NCBI GenBank assembly: GCA_022821495.1
Contig: JAJEDN010000078.1
Coordinates: 30,612-94,611 of the forward strand
Reading direction: 5' to 3'
DNA: 64,000 bases
Source of the DNA: Candidatus Poribacteria bacterium
GTDB taxonomy: Bacteria > Poribacteria > WGA-4E > WGA-3G
The notes beneath the pieces were generated by a model that was given only the letters and a program-made list of their open reading frames with translations, searched no databases and had not been told where the DNA came from. This document shows, piece by piece, positions 1-10,333 of the stretch; the first letter of the stretch is position 1, and each line of letters starts with the position of its first letter. A program made the translations under genes and the position numbers.

Positions 1-40
1 CGTATTCCCCCCTGATAAGGGGGGGTAGGGGGGTTATCTT
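1..40. repeat. Partial/variant copy of dispersed R1 repeat (CCCCCTGATAAGGGGG...TAGGGGGTTATCTT)
   Basis: cgtattcccccctgataagggggggtaggggggttatctt matches the core and 3' flank of the repeats at 10423-10470 and 30231-30270; contains a C5/G5 hairpin. Confidence 0.6.
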
Positions 41-83
41 CGTAAAAGTGTTCATTTATTTTTCGATTTTACTATAACTTTCA

Positions 84-113
84 TTGGCAGCGTCATTGAG
101 AATGTGATATAAT
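84..113 (+). promoter_or_regulatory. Putative sigma70 promoter for tRNA-Gly (TTGGCA, 18 nt spacer, TGaTATAAT extended -10)
   Basis: -35 ttggca at 84-89 and -10 tataat at 108-113 with TG at 105-106, 12 nt upstream of the tRNA 5' end. Confidence 0.45.
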
Positions 114-125
114 AATATTAATAAT

Positions 126-197
126 GCGGGTGTAGCTCAGCGGTAGAGCGTCAGCTTCCCAAGCTGAGGGTCACGGGTTCAATTCCCGTCACCCGCT
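126..197 (+). tRNA. tRNA-Gly (anticodon CCC)
   Basis: Cloverleaf: acceptor GCGGGTG/CACCCGC, D-arm GCTC..GAGC, anticodon stem TCAGC/GCTGA with loop TTCCCAA (anticodon CCC), T-arm ACGGG TTCAATT CCCGT. Confidence 0.85.
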
Positions 198-235
198 TGT
201 GCATTGCTTTAAAATTGTGTGAAACTGAGGAAAAC

Positions 236-1795
236 ATGGCACGAAACAAACGACTAACAAAAGAAGAGATCCAAGAAGATAAATTTATTGAAGGGCTTCT
301 GAAAGCCTATGCGTTTTTGAAGGCAAACCTTCAAACGATTATCGTTGCAGCGGTCGTCGTCCTGGTCGCTGTGGGTGGGTATGCCGCGTATTATCAGCAT
401 CAAGCGTCACGTCGCGCGGAAGCTACCGTAACACTGCGCCAAGCCGCTGAGGCATACCAAGAAGCGGAAGAAAGCCTTTTCAACGCAGAAAAATTGGCGG
501 AAAGCGAAGCACTCCTTAAAACGGCACAGACCGAACTTAAAGAAGTCTTTGAGAAATATCCGAATACAACTTTTGCCGACAAAGCGCGTTATCAATACGC
601 CAATACCCTCTATTATCAAGGGAACTATGCCGAGGCGCGTTCGCAATTCCAACAAGTCATTGATGAACACCAACCCGAAAGTCAGATAGATAGCTTATAC
701 GCGCAAAAGGCGATCGGCAACACCTACGAACAGGAACGGAATTATGAAGCAGCTATCGCTGCTTATCAAGCTAAGGCTTTTCCGCCTACACCGCAACTCC
801 CACCAGAAATCCGAAAGTTCGTCCTCGCAGAAGCCAAATCTAACCAAGCACTTGTTTATGAAAAGTCGGGTGATACCGATGCCGCACGGGCTGTGTATAA
901 AGAGATTATAGATGAATTCCGAAGCGCGCTTGAAGTCGGAATCGCACAGAAAAGCCGTGAGCTCCTTGAAGAGGCGAAAGCCGTTATTGCCGCTATTGGC
1001 GAACCGCTGGATACCGATGTCTCAAATCCGCAGAAACTGGAGTTCGAGTTGGCGAAAACGAAATTGAATCAAGCACTCGCTTATGAAAAGGCAGGTGATA
1101 CCGAGTCCGCGCGGAGCTTTTATCAGCAGATCGCTGGTGGATTCGGGCACTCGCTGGAAGTGAAACTTTCAAGGAAAAATATCGAACAGGTTGAAGATGC
1201 GAGAGTGGTTATGACTGCTATTGGCGAACCGCTGGATACCGGTGTCTCAAATTCCCAGAAACTGGAGTTCGAGTTGGCGAAAACGAAATTGAACCAAGCA
1301 CTCGCTTATGAAAAGGCAGGTGATTTCAACGCCGTACATGGCGCGTATCACGAGATCGCTGACGGATTTGGGCGCACGCTGGAATCGGAACTTTCAAAGA
1401 AAAATATCGAACAAGTCAAAGATGCCAAAGTGGTTATTGCTGTTCTTGGTGAACCGTTCGATATTGACATTTCGAGTGCTGAAAAATTGGAAGGCGAAGA
1501 ACGCTACTATGAAGCTTACGTCGCGTATACCCACGCGATTCGGACCTATAAGGTGAAAAAAGATATTCAAGGCGGGCTTTCCTCGGAACTCCGAAAGCAG
1601 CTCGGTAGTTTTGAAAAAGGAGCGGTGCAAGTCATAAACAGTATTCAGAACGCACGGCGCGCTGAAAATGAGGGGAGAGAAAGCTCGGCACTGTTGGGGT
1701 ACGATGCAGTTGTTGAACTTGACACATTGGGGTTAAATCGCAAACTCTACGAGAACGCGATTTTCCACCGTAAAAGGCTTGAATCTATTCAATAA
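236..1795 (+). CDS. YfgM-like membrane-anchored TPR/repeat protein (N-terminal TM helix, periplasmic TPR-like region with 3 internal ~80-aa repeats)
   Basis: ATG at 236 (MARNKRLTKEEIQEDKF) preferred over the TTG at 197 that overlaps the tRNA. TM segment IIVAAVVVLVAVGGYAAYY. Tandem repeats of AIGEPLDT.VSN.QKLEFELAKTKLNQALAYEKAGD. Confidence 0.7.
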   Translation: MARNKRLTKEEIQEDKFIEGLLKAYAFLKANLQTIIVAAVVVLVAVGGYAAYYQHQASRRAEATVTLRQAAEAYQEAEESLFNAEKLAESEALLKTAQTELKEVFEKYPNTTFADKARYQYANTLYYQGNYAEARSQFQQVIDEHQPESQIDSLYAQKAIGNTYEQERNYEAAIAAYQAKAFPPTPQLPPEIRKFVLAEAKSNQALVYEKSGDTDAARAVYKEIIDEFRSALEVGIAQKSRELLEEAKAVIAAIGEPLDTDVSNPQKLEFELAKTKLNQALAYEKAGDTESARSFYQQIAGGFGHSLEVKLSRKNIEQVEDARVVMTAIGEPLDTGVSNSQKLEFELAKTKLNQALAYEKAGDFNAVHGAYHEIADGFGRTLESELSKKNIEQVKDAKVVIAVLGEPFDIDISSAEKLEGEERYYEAYVAYTHAIRTYKVKKDIQGGLSSELRKQLGSFEKGAVQVINSIQNARRAENEGRESSALLGYDAVVELDTLGLNRKLYENAIFHRKRLESIQ

Positions 1796-1816
1796 CTTTA
1801 TTTCTAAGGAGTTGTA

Positions 1817-2842
1817 ATGGAAGATAAATATAGTGTTATATGCCTTTATACCACTAAAGTCGGTAGGATCGCTTTTTGCTGCGCGCTGATCTTAACCCTT
1901 TTCTCACGCTCCTTGATTAGTGAAGCCGCACCGAGTGGACAACTCGCTTACGCCGTCAACGGGTTCGACGAGAATTTAGGACGTTTCGATTGGAATCTCT
2001 ATACCACCGCGATTAGAGGCACTAAGGATTTAAAAGCGATACCTTTGAACCATAAAGGTGTGTATCCAGCGTGGGGACGGGAAGGCGAATTACTTTATTT
2101 TATACAATGGCATGGCGGGCAAGCGGACGTCTACTCCATTGACCCCGAAAGCCCTAAAAATAAGAAGCGGGTTACACAGATCTCTGGCACATATCGGTTT
2201 CTCGCTGTTTCTCCGAATGGCAAAAAACTCGCTTTCAACGGTTGGACAATGGAACAACTCCCGCAAGACAATCAGATATGGTTGCTGGATACCGAAACTG
2301 GGGAAATGGAGGCTATGACCCAGATCCCGCATTTCGGATGGCCCTACTCTTTCTGGGGGATTTCTTGGGCACCTAATGGAAAGAAACTCGTCTTTTCTCT
2401 CTCCAGACCTGGCTGGTTAGAACACCTCTACATTTTGGACATTGAAACAAAAGAGATAGAAATCTTAACCGAACTCAATAAAGATTTTTATCCTGTCTGG
2501 TCACCTGATGGACAACGCATCCTCTTCTTCAGGTGGAATAGAGAATTTGATACCTTCTGTACGATTGATATTGAAACTAAGGCGATTACTACCTTATTTG
2601 ATGTTGACAAAGCAACAGGATATTGGGCGGATTGGTCCCCTGAAGGAGACTATATGATCTATTCTCGGTGGGGTACGGTCTACCTATATGATTTCGAGAG
2701 TGAAGACACCGAAGAACTCGTCGAAATTGAGGGCAGTGTCTTTGTCATATCGTGGTTACGCGATATTCGGATACTACCTGTTGAACCGCGCAAAAAATTG
2801 GTCACAACTTGGGGCGATATTAAACAGGGAAGCACGCAGTAA
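1817..2842 (+). CDS. TolB-like PD40 beta-propeller repeat protein with signal peptide
   Basis: Repeated SPNGKKLAF / WAPNGKKLVF / WSPDGQRILF / WSPEGDYMIY blades. Hydrophobic N-terminus. Confidence 0.7.
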   Translation: MEDKYSVICLYTTKVGRIAFCCALILTLFSRSLISEAAPSGQLAYAVNGFDENLGRFDWNLYTTAIRGTKDLKAIPLNHKGVYPAWGREGELLYFIQWHGGQADVYSIDPESPKNKKRVTQISGTYRFLAVSPNGKKLAFNGWTMEQLPQDNQIWLLDTETGEMEAMTQIPHFGWPYSFWGISWAPNGKKLVFSLSRPGWLEHLYILDIETKEIEILTELNKDFYPVWSPDGQRILFFRWNREFDTFCTIDIETKAITTLFDVDKATGYWADWSPEGDYMIYSRWGTVYLYDFESEDTEELVEIEGSVFVISWLRDIRILPVEPRKKLVTTWGDIKQGSTQ

Positions 2843-2911
2843 TAGTATTTGCCATCTTACTATTTCACTGTATCTGCTTAAATTCCAAGCGTACCTGAAA
2901 AGGACGAACCT

Positions 2912-5338
2912 GTGTTATCCAACGTTGAAAAAGCGTTAGAATACGATAAAATCAAAGCACTTCTAAAAAATTACACCGCTTCTCAACTCGGGACAGCGAG
3001 GGTCGACACCCTTACGCCGTTTTATGACGTTGATAAGGTTCGCTACTTACAAGCGTTGTGTAGTGAAACGAAGTGTTTTCATCAACTCTACGGCGGGATC
3101 CCGTTAAATGGATTAAGAGACATCCGCGGTTCGCTAAAGCGTGCTGCCAAAACCGGTTCAATTTTGGACGCTGAGGAACTCCTTGAAGTCCGAAAAGTCG
3201 CGAAAATTCCGAGCGACATTCACCGCACCTTTGAAAAACGCGAGCGCGAGGAATTTCCGAACCTCTTTTCCATTGTGGACGTACTGCCCGATTTTCCTGA
3301 ATTAGTTGAGGCAATTGATTATTGCATCAATCCTGAAGGGGTCCTACTGGACAGGGCAAGCCCCGAATTGCGTAATATCCGGCGCAAGTTGTCGCGGCTC
3401 CGTGAAAATATACAACAAAAACTCGAAGCCACCCTCCGATCACCAGAACATCAAAAAGCGATTCAAGAATCCGTCATCACCTCGCGAAATAACCGGTACG
3501 TCATCCCAATTAAACAGGAAGCGCGGTCATTTTTTCCGGGCGTCGTTCAAGGACAATCCACAAGCGGGGCAACCTTCTTCGTCGAACCTTTGGGCGTTGT
3601 GCAGATGAACAATGAACTGCACGAAACCGCTGAAGCCGAACACCGCGAAATTCAACGCATCCTCCTTGACCTCACCGACCGCGTCCGTGCCTATCTGTCA
3701 GCGCTGGAATTGTCCCTTGATTTGTTAGCTGAACTCGATTTTCTGAACGCAAAGGCACGTTTCAGCCTCGAATTGAGTGCTGTTGAACCGAAACTGAATA
3801 CCCGGGGTATCATCAAATTGATTGACGCACGGCATCCGTTGTTGGAATTCCATCTTCGGCATGCACAGAAGGCTGATACAGATCCTGAAGAGGACGCGAA
3901 CCTACCAGACCAGATCGTACCGACAAATGTTCATATCGGTAAAGACTTCAAGACGTTGGTCATCACCGGGCCGAATACTGGCGGCAAAACAGTCGTCCTT
4001 AAAACAGTCGGACTATTGGTGCTGATGGCGCAGTCCGGTCTACATATCCCGGCGGAACACGGGAGTAAAATCGGTATCTTTGAACATGTGTTTGCTGACA
4101 TTGGAGACGACCAAGGCATAGAACAGAATCTGAGTACTTTCTCTTCACACATTACTAAAATCGCGGAGATGCTTAAAACGATTGAGACTTCCGATTATTC
4201 GTTAATTCTATTAGATGAGATTGGTGCTGGTACGGATCCCAGCGAAGGAACAGCACTCGGTATGGCACTCCTCGATTGGCTCGGAAGCCGGCAGGTGAAT
4301 ACCATTGTCACAACACACTATGGAGCTCTTAAAGCGTACGCGCATACCCAGCAATCTATGGAAAATGCCTCAATGGAGTTTGACTGGACGACCCTACGAC
4401 CCACATACCGGTTACAGGTTGGCGTGCCGGGGAGTAGTAACGCATTGAAGATTGCAGCGCAATTAGGGATTCCATCCGAAATCCTTGATGAAGCAGAGAC
4501 GCATATCGGAAACAACAACGTCGCTGTCGAAGATTTACTTGTGCGCTTACAGGAAACGCAAAGCGAATTGGATACCGAACGTGAACGCCTTGAAGATAAA
4601 ATTCGAGAAGCTGACACAGCGTACCAGAAACATACAGAACTCCTTCAGACCTTGGAAGCTGACCAGCAGACGCTGAAACAGCAGGCGGAGAACGAAGCAC
4701 GGAACATCGTTGCGGGTGCAAGGCGCACCGTAGAGAACCTCGTTGCTGATATACGTAAAGAGCAAGCCTCTAAACCGAGCATCCGAAACGCTTTCTCAAA
4801 AATAGAAACCGCCAAAAAATCACTGCAACAAGAAAAGCCTAAGAAACAACCCGAACCATCAAAGAAGGTCAAGATCGAGGTCGGTATTGGTGATAAGGTG
4901 CGAGTCAAGAGACTGAACCGATTCGGGGAGGTTATCGCTATTAAGACCAGCGGAAAAGTGCCACTACAAGTGCTTATGGGGGACATGAAAATGCAAGTCG
5001 CCTACGACGACATTGATTCAGTTCACCCGAAACAGAAAAGCGCGCACCTTTCGACTTCTGTGCTTGATATTCAGTATAACAAAGCCAGTGCCATTAGTGA
5101 TGAACTTGATATGCATGGGATGAGAGCGCAAGAGGCATCGGAGCGCATTAATAAGTACCTTGATGACGCAATCCTCGCGGGATTTCCATCGGTGCGTATT
5201 CTCCACGGGAAAGGAACCGGTGCCTTGCGCCAAGTGGTTCATGCGGCTTTAAAAGAATATCCATACGTCGCTAATTATAAACCTGCGTCCTTTGATGAGG
5301 GCGGCGAAGGTGTAACCGTCGCTACATTCAAAGAGTAA
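2912..5338 (+). CDS. mutS2: Endonuclease MutS2 (MutS domain ATPase + C-terminal Smr)
   Basis: GTG start with aaaagga RBS. Walker A GPNTGGKTVVLKT, LLDEIGAGTDPSEG, C-terminal Smr motif LDMHGMRAQEA...ILHGKGTGALR. Confidence 0.9.
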   Translation: MLSNVEKALEYDKIKALLKNYTASQLGTARVDTLTPFYDVDKVRYLQALCSETKCFHQLYGGIPLNGLRDIRGSLKRAAKTGSILDAEELLEVRKVAKIPSDIHRTFEKREREEFPNLFSIVDVLPDFPELVEAIDYCINPEGVLLDRASPELRNIRRKLSRLRENIQQKLEATLRSPEHQKAIQESVITSRNNRYVIPIKQEARSFFPGVVQGQSTSGATFFVEPLGVVQMNNELHETAEAEHREIQRILLDLTDRVRAYLSALELSLDLLAELDFLNAKARFSLELSAVEPKLNTRGIIKLIDARHPLLEFHLRHAQKADTDPEEDANLPDQIVPTNVHIGKDFKTLVITGPNTGGKTVVLKTVGLLVLMAQSGLHIPAEHGSKIGIFEHVFADIGDDQGIEQNLSTFSSHITKIAEMLKTIETSDYSLILLDEIGAGTDPSEGTALGMALLDWLGSRQVNTIVTTHYGALKAYAHTQQSMENASMEFDWTTLRPTYRLQVGVPGSSNALKIAAQLGIPSEILDEAETHIGNNNVAVEDLLVRLQETQSELDTERERLEDKIREADTAYQKHTELLQTLEADQQTLKQQAENEARNIVAGARRTVENLVADIRKEQASKPSIRNAFSKIETAKKSLQQEKPKKQPEPSKKVKIEVGIGDKVRVKRLNRFGEVIAIKTSGKVPLQVLMGDMKMQVAYDDIDSVHPKQKSAHLSTSVLDIQYNKASAISDELDMHGMRAQEASERINKYLDDAILAGFPSVRILHGKGTGALRQVVHAALKEYPYVANYKPASFDEGGEGVTVATFKE

Positions 5339-5385
5339 CATCGTCAAGACTTACGTATTTTTCCATGATAACTACGTATTATGCA

Positions 5386-5412
5386 CTGCAGGCGGGGTTT
5401 GAAACCCTGCAG
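5386..5412. repeat. Hairpin element ctgcaggcggggtttgaaaccctgcag downstream of mutS2 (member of GGGGTTTG[AT]AACCCC hairpin family)
   Basis: Inverted repeat CTGCAGG...CCTGCAG around GGGGTTTGAAACCC. No U-tract follows, so REP-like rather than a classic terminator. Confidence 0.5.
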
Positions 5413-5494
5413 AAATACCCAAGCAAAAACCCTGCGAGGGGGCTGCGTAAGTCCTAACAGTTAGAGAACTTTGACACAAAGAGGTAGATCCATT

Positions 5495-7342
5495 GTGAAC
5501 CGTTCTCCTAAAAGAAACCACGTGCCACGCGAAACGATCGACGAAATTCGGAGTCGAAGCGATATTGTTGAAGTGATCTCCGAATGCGGTATCGCGCTGC
5601 GTCCTGCTGGTCGCGATTACAAAGCGCTGTGTCCGTTTCATAATGAGAAAACACCTTCTTTTACCGTCTCGATCGAAAAGCAGATTTTTTACTGTTTCGG
5701 GTGCCAAACGGGTGGCAATGTTATCTCGTTTGTACAAAAGCATGAGGGTAAATCGTTCATAGAGACAATAGAGTGGTTAGCGGAACGCCAGAATATCATA
5801 CTCCCGACGCAGGACGGCCGCGAAAGTGCTGCACGCAAACGGTTCACAACTCTGGAAGAACTCAATCGCTTTGCAGTAGAACACTATCACCGTCAACTTC
5901 TCACCGAACGCGCGAGCGTACCTGCGATGCAATATCTCAAACGGCGCGGTGTCCAGCCGAAAACACTGCGATCCTTCCAACTCGGATATGCAACGTCTGG
6001 ACGACGGGAATTTGTGAAAATTGCGACGGCGAAAGGTTTTACGATCCAACAGTTGGTGGATGCCGGTTTAATTAAGGACGAGGACAAGGGACCTCAGGAT
6101 CGGTTTTGGAATAGAATCCTTTTTCCTATTCAGAATGAACGGGGTGTACCCGTCGGCTTTGGTGGACGTGCACTCTCTGAAGATCATCAACCTAAATACT
6201 TAAATTCGCCCGCAACGGACCTTTATGATAAAAGCAATATCCTTTACAATCTCGACAAAGCACGTCAATCCGTTTACAAACAACAGCGTGTATTGCTCGT
6301 AGAAGGTTATATGGATGTTTTGATGCTTTATCAGTCTGGGATTGAGAATGTTATAGCATCTTCAGGGACTTCTCTGAGTGAGAACCATGCGCGTTTATTA
6401 AAACGGTTTGTTCCGGAAGTCGTCATCGTTTATGATGGCGATGCTTCTGGTTTTCACGCAGCGCAACGTGGGTTACATCAACTCCTTTCCGAAGATTTAC
6501 GGGTGCGTGTCGCACTGCTGCCGTCAGGCGAAGACCCCGACTCGTTTACACGGCAACACGGGGTTGATGCGTTCACAGAACTCACGGACAAAGCAATAAA
6601 TCTCATAGAATTTCAGATTCAAGCTGCTATTCAAAATCAGGACCTTCACAAGGTTGAGGTAAAAGCGCAAATTGTTAAAGAGGTTACCGAGACACTCTTG
6701 AATCTCAAAAGTCGGGTTGAACGCAGCGAATACATCAAATATGCAGCGAAGGAACTCCATATTGATGAAACCGTCCTTTGGGATCAATTGAAAGACGCAG
6801 GATTCAAAGGGACATCAGTACCTCGTCAAACCAGTCGAGGCAAGGTCGCACCTCAGAAATTGTCCATACGCGCCCAAATTGAACGTCAACTTATTGAAGC
6901 CTTAATTCAGGATCCAACGTTACTTTCGTACGTCAAATCTCAATTTGACTATCAACATTTCACGGAACCACGCTTCGCCAAAATATCGAAATTGCTCTGG
7001 GAGGCGGATATGGATGATGAACGTATGGATATTCAAGCCGTGATCAATGATGACGGTGATGAGGCGTTAAATGCTTTCGTTTCAAGTGTGCTGCTGGGGA
7101 GAAAACCGCCCCCAAACTTACAAGCACGGGTTAATGGATGCCTGAAGAAATTGCGTAACTTCCATTTACAAGATCTTGAGCAGCGCGTCCGATCACACGC
7201 AGTCGCCGAAGGTGCCGATGACAGGGAAACCCTTAAACAGTTAGTGAAACTTTCAAATGAAAGACGTGCCTTACCGAGGCGCGAGGCAGAACGCACTCAC
7301 GATGAAAATTTAAACGAGGAAGGAGTTGATAATGGATTTTAA
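5495..7342 (+). CDS. dnaG: DNA primase DnaG
   Basis: GTG at 5495 with aagaggtag RBS (ORF is open from 5471). CHC2 zinc finger [11 protein letters not shown]...YCFGCQTGG. Toprim [10 protein letters not shown]...VYDGD. The stop overlaps the rpoD start. Confidence 0.85.
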   Translation: MNRSPKRNHVPRETIDEIRSRSDIVEVISECGIALRPAGRDYKALCPFHNEKTPSFTVSIEKQIFYCFGCQTGGNVISFVQKHEGKSFIETIEWLAERQNIILPTQDGRESAARKRFTTLEELNRFAVEHYHRQLLTERASVPAMQYLKRRGVQPKTLRSFQLGYATSGRREFVKIATAKGFTIQQLVDAGLIKDEDKGPQDRFWNRILFPIQNERGVPVGFGGRALSEDHQPKYLNSPATDLYDKSNILYNLDKARQSVYKQQRVLLVEGYMDVLMLYQSGIENVIASSGTSLSENHARLLKRFVPEVVIVYDGDASGFHAAQRGLHQLLSEDLRVRVALLPSGEDPDSFTRQHGVDAFTELTDKAINLIEFQIQAAIQNQDLHKVEVKAQIVKEVTETLLNLKSRVERSEYIKYAAKELHIDETVLWDQLKDAGFKGTSVPRQTSRGKVAPQKLSIRAQIERQLIEALIQDPTLLSYVKSQFDYQHFTEPRFAKISKLLWEADMDDERMDIQAVINDDGDEALNAFVSSVLLGRKPPPNLQARVNGCLKKLRNFHLQDLEQRVRSHAVAEGADDRETLKQLVKLSNERRALPRREAERTHDENLNEEGVDNGF

Positions 7343-8870
7343 AGACCATCCTGCACTTGATTATCTTGACACCGAGGGTACTGATGAACTCGGATATGAC
7401 GATGAATTGGCTGAGATAGCCGCAGTCAGCACCGGTTATACTGATGATTCAGTGAAAGTGTACATGCGCGAGATGGGAAAATTTCAGCTACTCGATAAGA
7501 CGCAAGAGGTTGAACTCGCTAAACGGATTGAGGCGGGGCATCGCACTGCCCATGAAGCCACTTTCAGCACTGCACTCGCAATTACCGAGATTCGGAAGCT
7601 GCTCTATAAAATCGCTACGGCTAAAAAGCGGGCTTCTGATATTATTGATATGCACGTTTCCAGCACTTCGACGCAGAATAAAGAAAAGAAACTCCGTGAG
7701 CAAGTCAAGAAGGCGTTGGGTGTTCTTGAAAACCTTGAGATGGAGCGTCTCTCTACCGACACGCCTGCATCCACTAAAAATGGGAAACGGTCTCCGAAGA
7801 AATCGAAGAACCGCGTGAATCTTATTAAGACCCTTGAAGCCCTTAAAATTGATCGGGAAGAGATTAGTAAAATCTCTGACCTCGTTAAACAGGCAGAGTA
7901 CCAGATCAGTACCTGGGAAATTGAAATCCAGCAGCTACAGCAGAAATATGATATTCCGGATGAGTGGCTTAACGGAAGTAACGGCACGGAGCGGAAGTTT
8001 GAAACGGATGCCGTGAGAGAGGCTTATGTAAATATTGTCCGCTTACAGCGCAGCATCCGCCAACACATGAACGAAATTGGTATCCCTCGCGACCAACTCA
8101 AATCTCTCACCCAGCAAATTGATAAAGGCGAATCCGAAGCGCAAGACGCGAAGATGGCTATCGTTGAAGCCAATCTCCGACTCGTCGTGAGTATCGCTAA
8201 AAGGCACAAAAACCGCGCATCAGGACTCGAATTCCTTGATTTGATTCAGGAAGGGAATATCGGATTAATGCGGGCGGTTGACAAGTTTGATTACCAACGC
8301 GGGTATAAGTTTAGCACCTATGCAACATGGTGGATTCGACAGGGGATCACACGCGCGATTGCCGACCAAGGACGAACCATTCGCATACCTGTACACATGC
8401 ATGAGCGAATTAACAAAATTCGGCGCGTGCAGCGTTCGCTGCTACAAGAATTGGGGAACGAACCGACGGCTGAGCAGATTGCTGAAGATCTTAAAATCTC
8501 AACGAACAAAGTCAACGAGGCTTTAGCGGTCGCACCTGAAACCGCCTCCTTAGACACGCCGATCGGTGAAGAGGATGAGAATCCGCTCGGTGCTTTTATT
8601 ATGGATATTGACTCTCCTTCCCCAGTACAAGAGGCAGAATTGAATATCCTCAAAGAGCAGATTCAAGAGGTCCTTTCCGATTTAAACGAACGCGAAAGAA
8701 GAGTGATTTCTCTCCGTTTCGGGATTGAGGATGGTTACCCAAGGACACTTGAAGAAGTTGGTAATATCTTCGATGTCACACGCGAACGGATCCGCCAAAT
8801 TGAAGCGAAAGCGCTCCGTAAATTACGGCACCCCAGACGGAGTCGTAAACTACGAGACTTCGTCCACTAA
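7332..8870 (+). CDS. rpoD: RNA polymerase primary-type sigma factor (RpoD / sigma-70 group 1)
   Basis: ATG at 7332 after gaggaaggag RBS. Region 2 [35 protein letters not shown]. Region 4 and C-terminal [15 protein letters not shown]. Confidence 0.9.
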   Translation: MDFKDHPALDYLDTEGTDELGYDDELAEIAAVSTGYTDDSVKVYMREMGKFQLLDKTQEVELAKRIEAGHRTAHEATFSTALAITEIRKLLYKIATAKKRASDIIDMHVSSTSTQNKEKKLREQVKKALGVLENLEMERLSTDTPASTKNGKRSPKKSKNRVNLIKTLEALKIDREEISKISDLVKQAEYQISTWEIEIQQLQQKYDIPDEWLNGSNGTERKFETDAVREAYVNIVRLQRSIRQHMNEIGIPRDQLKSLTQQIDKGESEAQDAKMAIVEANLRLVVSIAKRHKNRASGLEFLDLIQEGNIGLMRAVDKFDYQRGYKFSTYATWWIRQGITRAIADQGRTIRIPVHMHERINKIRRVQRSLLQELGNEPTAEQIAEDLKISTNKVNEALAVAPETASLDTPIGEEDENPLGAFIMDIDSPSPVQEAELNILKEQIQEVLSDLNERERRVISLRFGIEDGYPRTLEEVGNIFDVTRERIRQIEAKALRKLRHPRRSRKLRDFVH

Positions 8871-8902
8871 TGTGCTGTCACCTTTCAAATGAATGGTAAA
8901 GT

Positions 8903-8930
8903 GTCCGTAGGGGCGTGGTTTCCCCGCCCG
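8903..8930 (+). terminator. Weak hairpin downstream of rpoD (gtccgtaggggcgtggtttccccgcccg), related to the CCGTAGGGGCG motif of the R4 repeats
   Basis: GGGCG...CGCCC stem. Shares ccgtaggggcg with the repeats at 25897-25915 and 59943-59963. Confidence 0.3.
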
Positions 8931-8980
8931 ATATCCCCATCAGTTTAGATGTGACAGACTACTAACCTATCATAAAAAAT

Positions 8981-9009
8981 TTGATTTTAAATCCCAAATA
9001 TAGTATAAT
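8981..9009 (+). promoter_or_regulatory. Near-consensus sigma70 promoter for the tRNA pair (TTGATT, 17 nt spacer, TATAAT)
   Basis: ttgatt 8981-8986, tataat 9004-9009, tRNA begins 9029. Confidence 0.6.
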
Positions 9010-9028
9010 TCCTATATCAAAACACGAA

Positions 9029-9101
9029 GGGCCCATAGCTCAGTGGTCAGAGCCACCGGCTCATAACCGGTTGGTCCTAGGTTCGAGTCCTAGTGGGCCC
9101 A
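9029..9101 (+). tRNA. tRNA with anticodon CAT (elongator Met or Ile2/lysidine type. G1-C72 pair argues against initiator)
   Basis: Acceptor GGGCCCA/TGGGCCC, anticodon arm ACCGG CTCATAA CCGGT, T-arm CTAGG TTCGAGT CCTAG. Confidence 0.85.
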
Positions 9102-9112
9102 TATCCCTACGT

Positions 9113-9185
9113 GGGGCGTTAGCTCAGGGGTACGAGCGCTACCTTCACACGGTAGAAGTCACTGGTTCAAATCCAGTACGCCCCA
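9113..9185 (+). tRNA. tRNA-Val (anticodon CAC)
   Basis: Acceptor GGGGCGT/ACGCCCC, anticodon arm CTACC TTCACAC GGTAG, T-arm ACTGG TTCAAAT CCAGT. Confidence 0.8.
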
Positions 9186-9211
9186 TCGGTTGCTGAATCA
9201 AGGAGACCGAG

Positions 9212-10333
9212 ATGGAAAGTTGGGAAACCCCGCATTTCGTAGAGGCTGGGGTGAAAGCTATAGACTGCGACATCCATAACGAAGTCCCAACCTTGCAGAC
9301 ACTCTATCCATACATGTCTGATTTCTGGTGCGACTATTGTCAGAACTCAGGATTTAGAGGACCTGATGCCAACGATTATCCGAGAGGCGCGCCGCTGACG
9401 ACGCATCCAGACGCAATTTCCCCTTGGGACATCGATCTCGCACATATACGTGAACGGCTCCTTGAGGGATGGAACCTTGAATACGGTGTTCTCAATTGTT
9501 CCTATCGGGTCCAAAGCATTCACAACCCAGACCTTGCCGCCGCAATCGCGCAAGCCGTAAACGACTGGCAGATAGAACACTGGCTCGACCCAGAACCTCG
9601 ACTCCGTGCTTCTCTTGTGATACCCAGCCAGATGCCAGACCTCGCTGCAAAGGAAATAGAGCGGGTCGGCGCGCATCCAGGGTTCGTCCAAGTTGTCCTA
9701 CCTGTTAGGTCTCGGACACCTTATGGGAATCGATGCCACCATCCGATTTATGAGGCAGCAGTCCGGCATAATCTCGCTATAGGTATCCAGTACGGTGGCG
9801 CGCCCGGTACCCAACCTTCACCAACAGGTTGGCCATCGACGTTTTTAGAGGAGTATAGCGGCATGACGCAGGTCTTCCAAGCACAGGTGATTAGCCTCGT
9901 CGCGGAAGGGATTTTCGACCAGTTTCCTGAGCTTCGGGTTGTGCTCATTGAGAGTGGATTTACATGGCTGCCCGCAATGATGTGGCGAATTGACAAAGAG
10001 TGGCGCGGCCTCCGAAACAATACGCCGTGGGTCAAACGTCCGCCATCTGAGTACATGCGAGAACATATCCGGTTTACCTTACAACCGATTGATGCACCGC
10101 CGACACGCGAGCAGCTCCTTCAGATCATCGGGCAATTGGAATCCGATGAAATGTTAATGTTTTCAACGGATTACCCACATTGGCAGTTCAACACGCCGAA
10201 TGAGGCACTACCATCAGAGTTACCGGGTGCACTCGCCCGTAAAATTCTGCACGAGAACGCAAGTAACTTCTATCAGTTGGAACCTACGCATCCGACTTCA
10301 AAGTCCCCTGATAAGGGGGATTTAGGGGGTTAG
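9212..10333 (+). CDS. Amidohydrolase-2 family metal-dependent hydrolase (TIM barrel, ACMSD-like), paralog 1. Last ~11 codons lie inside an R1 repeat
   Basis: aaggagacc RBS. CDIHNEVP N-terminal metal-binding motif, HPGFVQVVLP, STDYPHWQF C-terminal motif. The stop codon falls inside repeat copy 10299-10333. Confidence 0.75.
   Translation: MESWETPHFVEAGVKAIDCDIHNEVPTLQTLYPYMSDFWCDYCQNSGFRGPDANDYPRGAPLTTHPDAISPWDIDLAHIRERLLEGWNLEYGVLNCSYRVQSIHNPDLAAAIAQAVNDWQIEHWLDPEPRLRASLVIPSQMPDLAAKEIERVGAHPGFVQVVLPVRSRTPYGNRCHHPIYEAAVRHNLAIGIQYGGAPGTQPSPTGWPSTFLEEYSGMTQVFQAQVISLVAEGIFDQFPELRVVLIESGFTWLPAMMWRIDKEWRGLRNNTPWVKRPPSEYMREHIRFTLQPIDAPPTREQLLQIIGQLESDEMLMFSTDYPHWQFNTPNEALPSELPGALARKILHENASNFYQLEPTHPTSKSPDKGDLGG

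Noticed and set aside
197-235. TTG start at 197 for the YfgM-like gene
   Set aside because: Would overlap the tRNA-Gly 3' end. The ATG at 236 gives the typical short cytoplasmic N-terminus before the TM helix.
5386-5412. Calling the mutS2-downstream hairpin an intrinsic terminator
   Set aside because: There is a stem but no following U-tract (aaataccc). Classed as REP-like hairpin family member instead.
8981-9196. 71-aa ORF spanning the tRNA pair
   Set aside because: Coincides exactly with two well-formed tRNA cloverleaves and their promoter.
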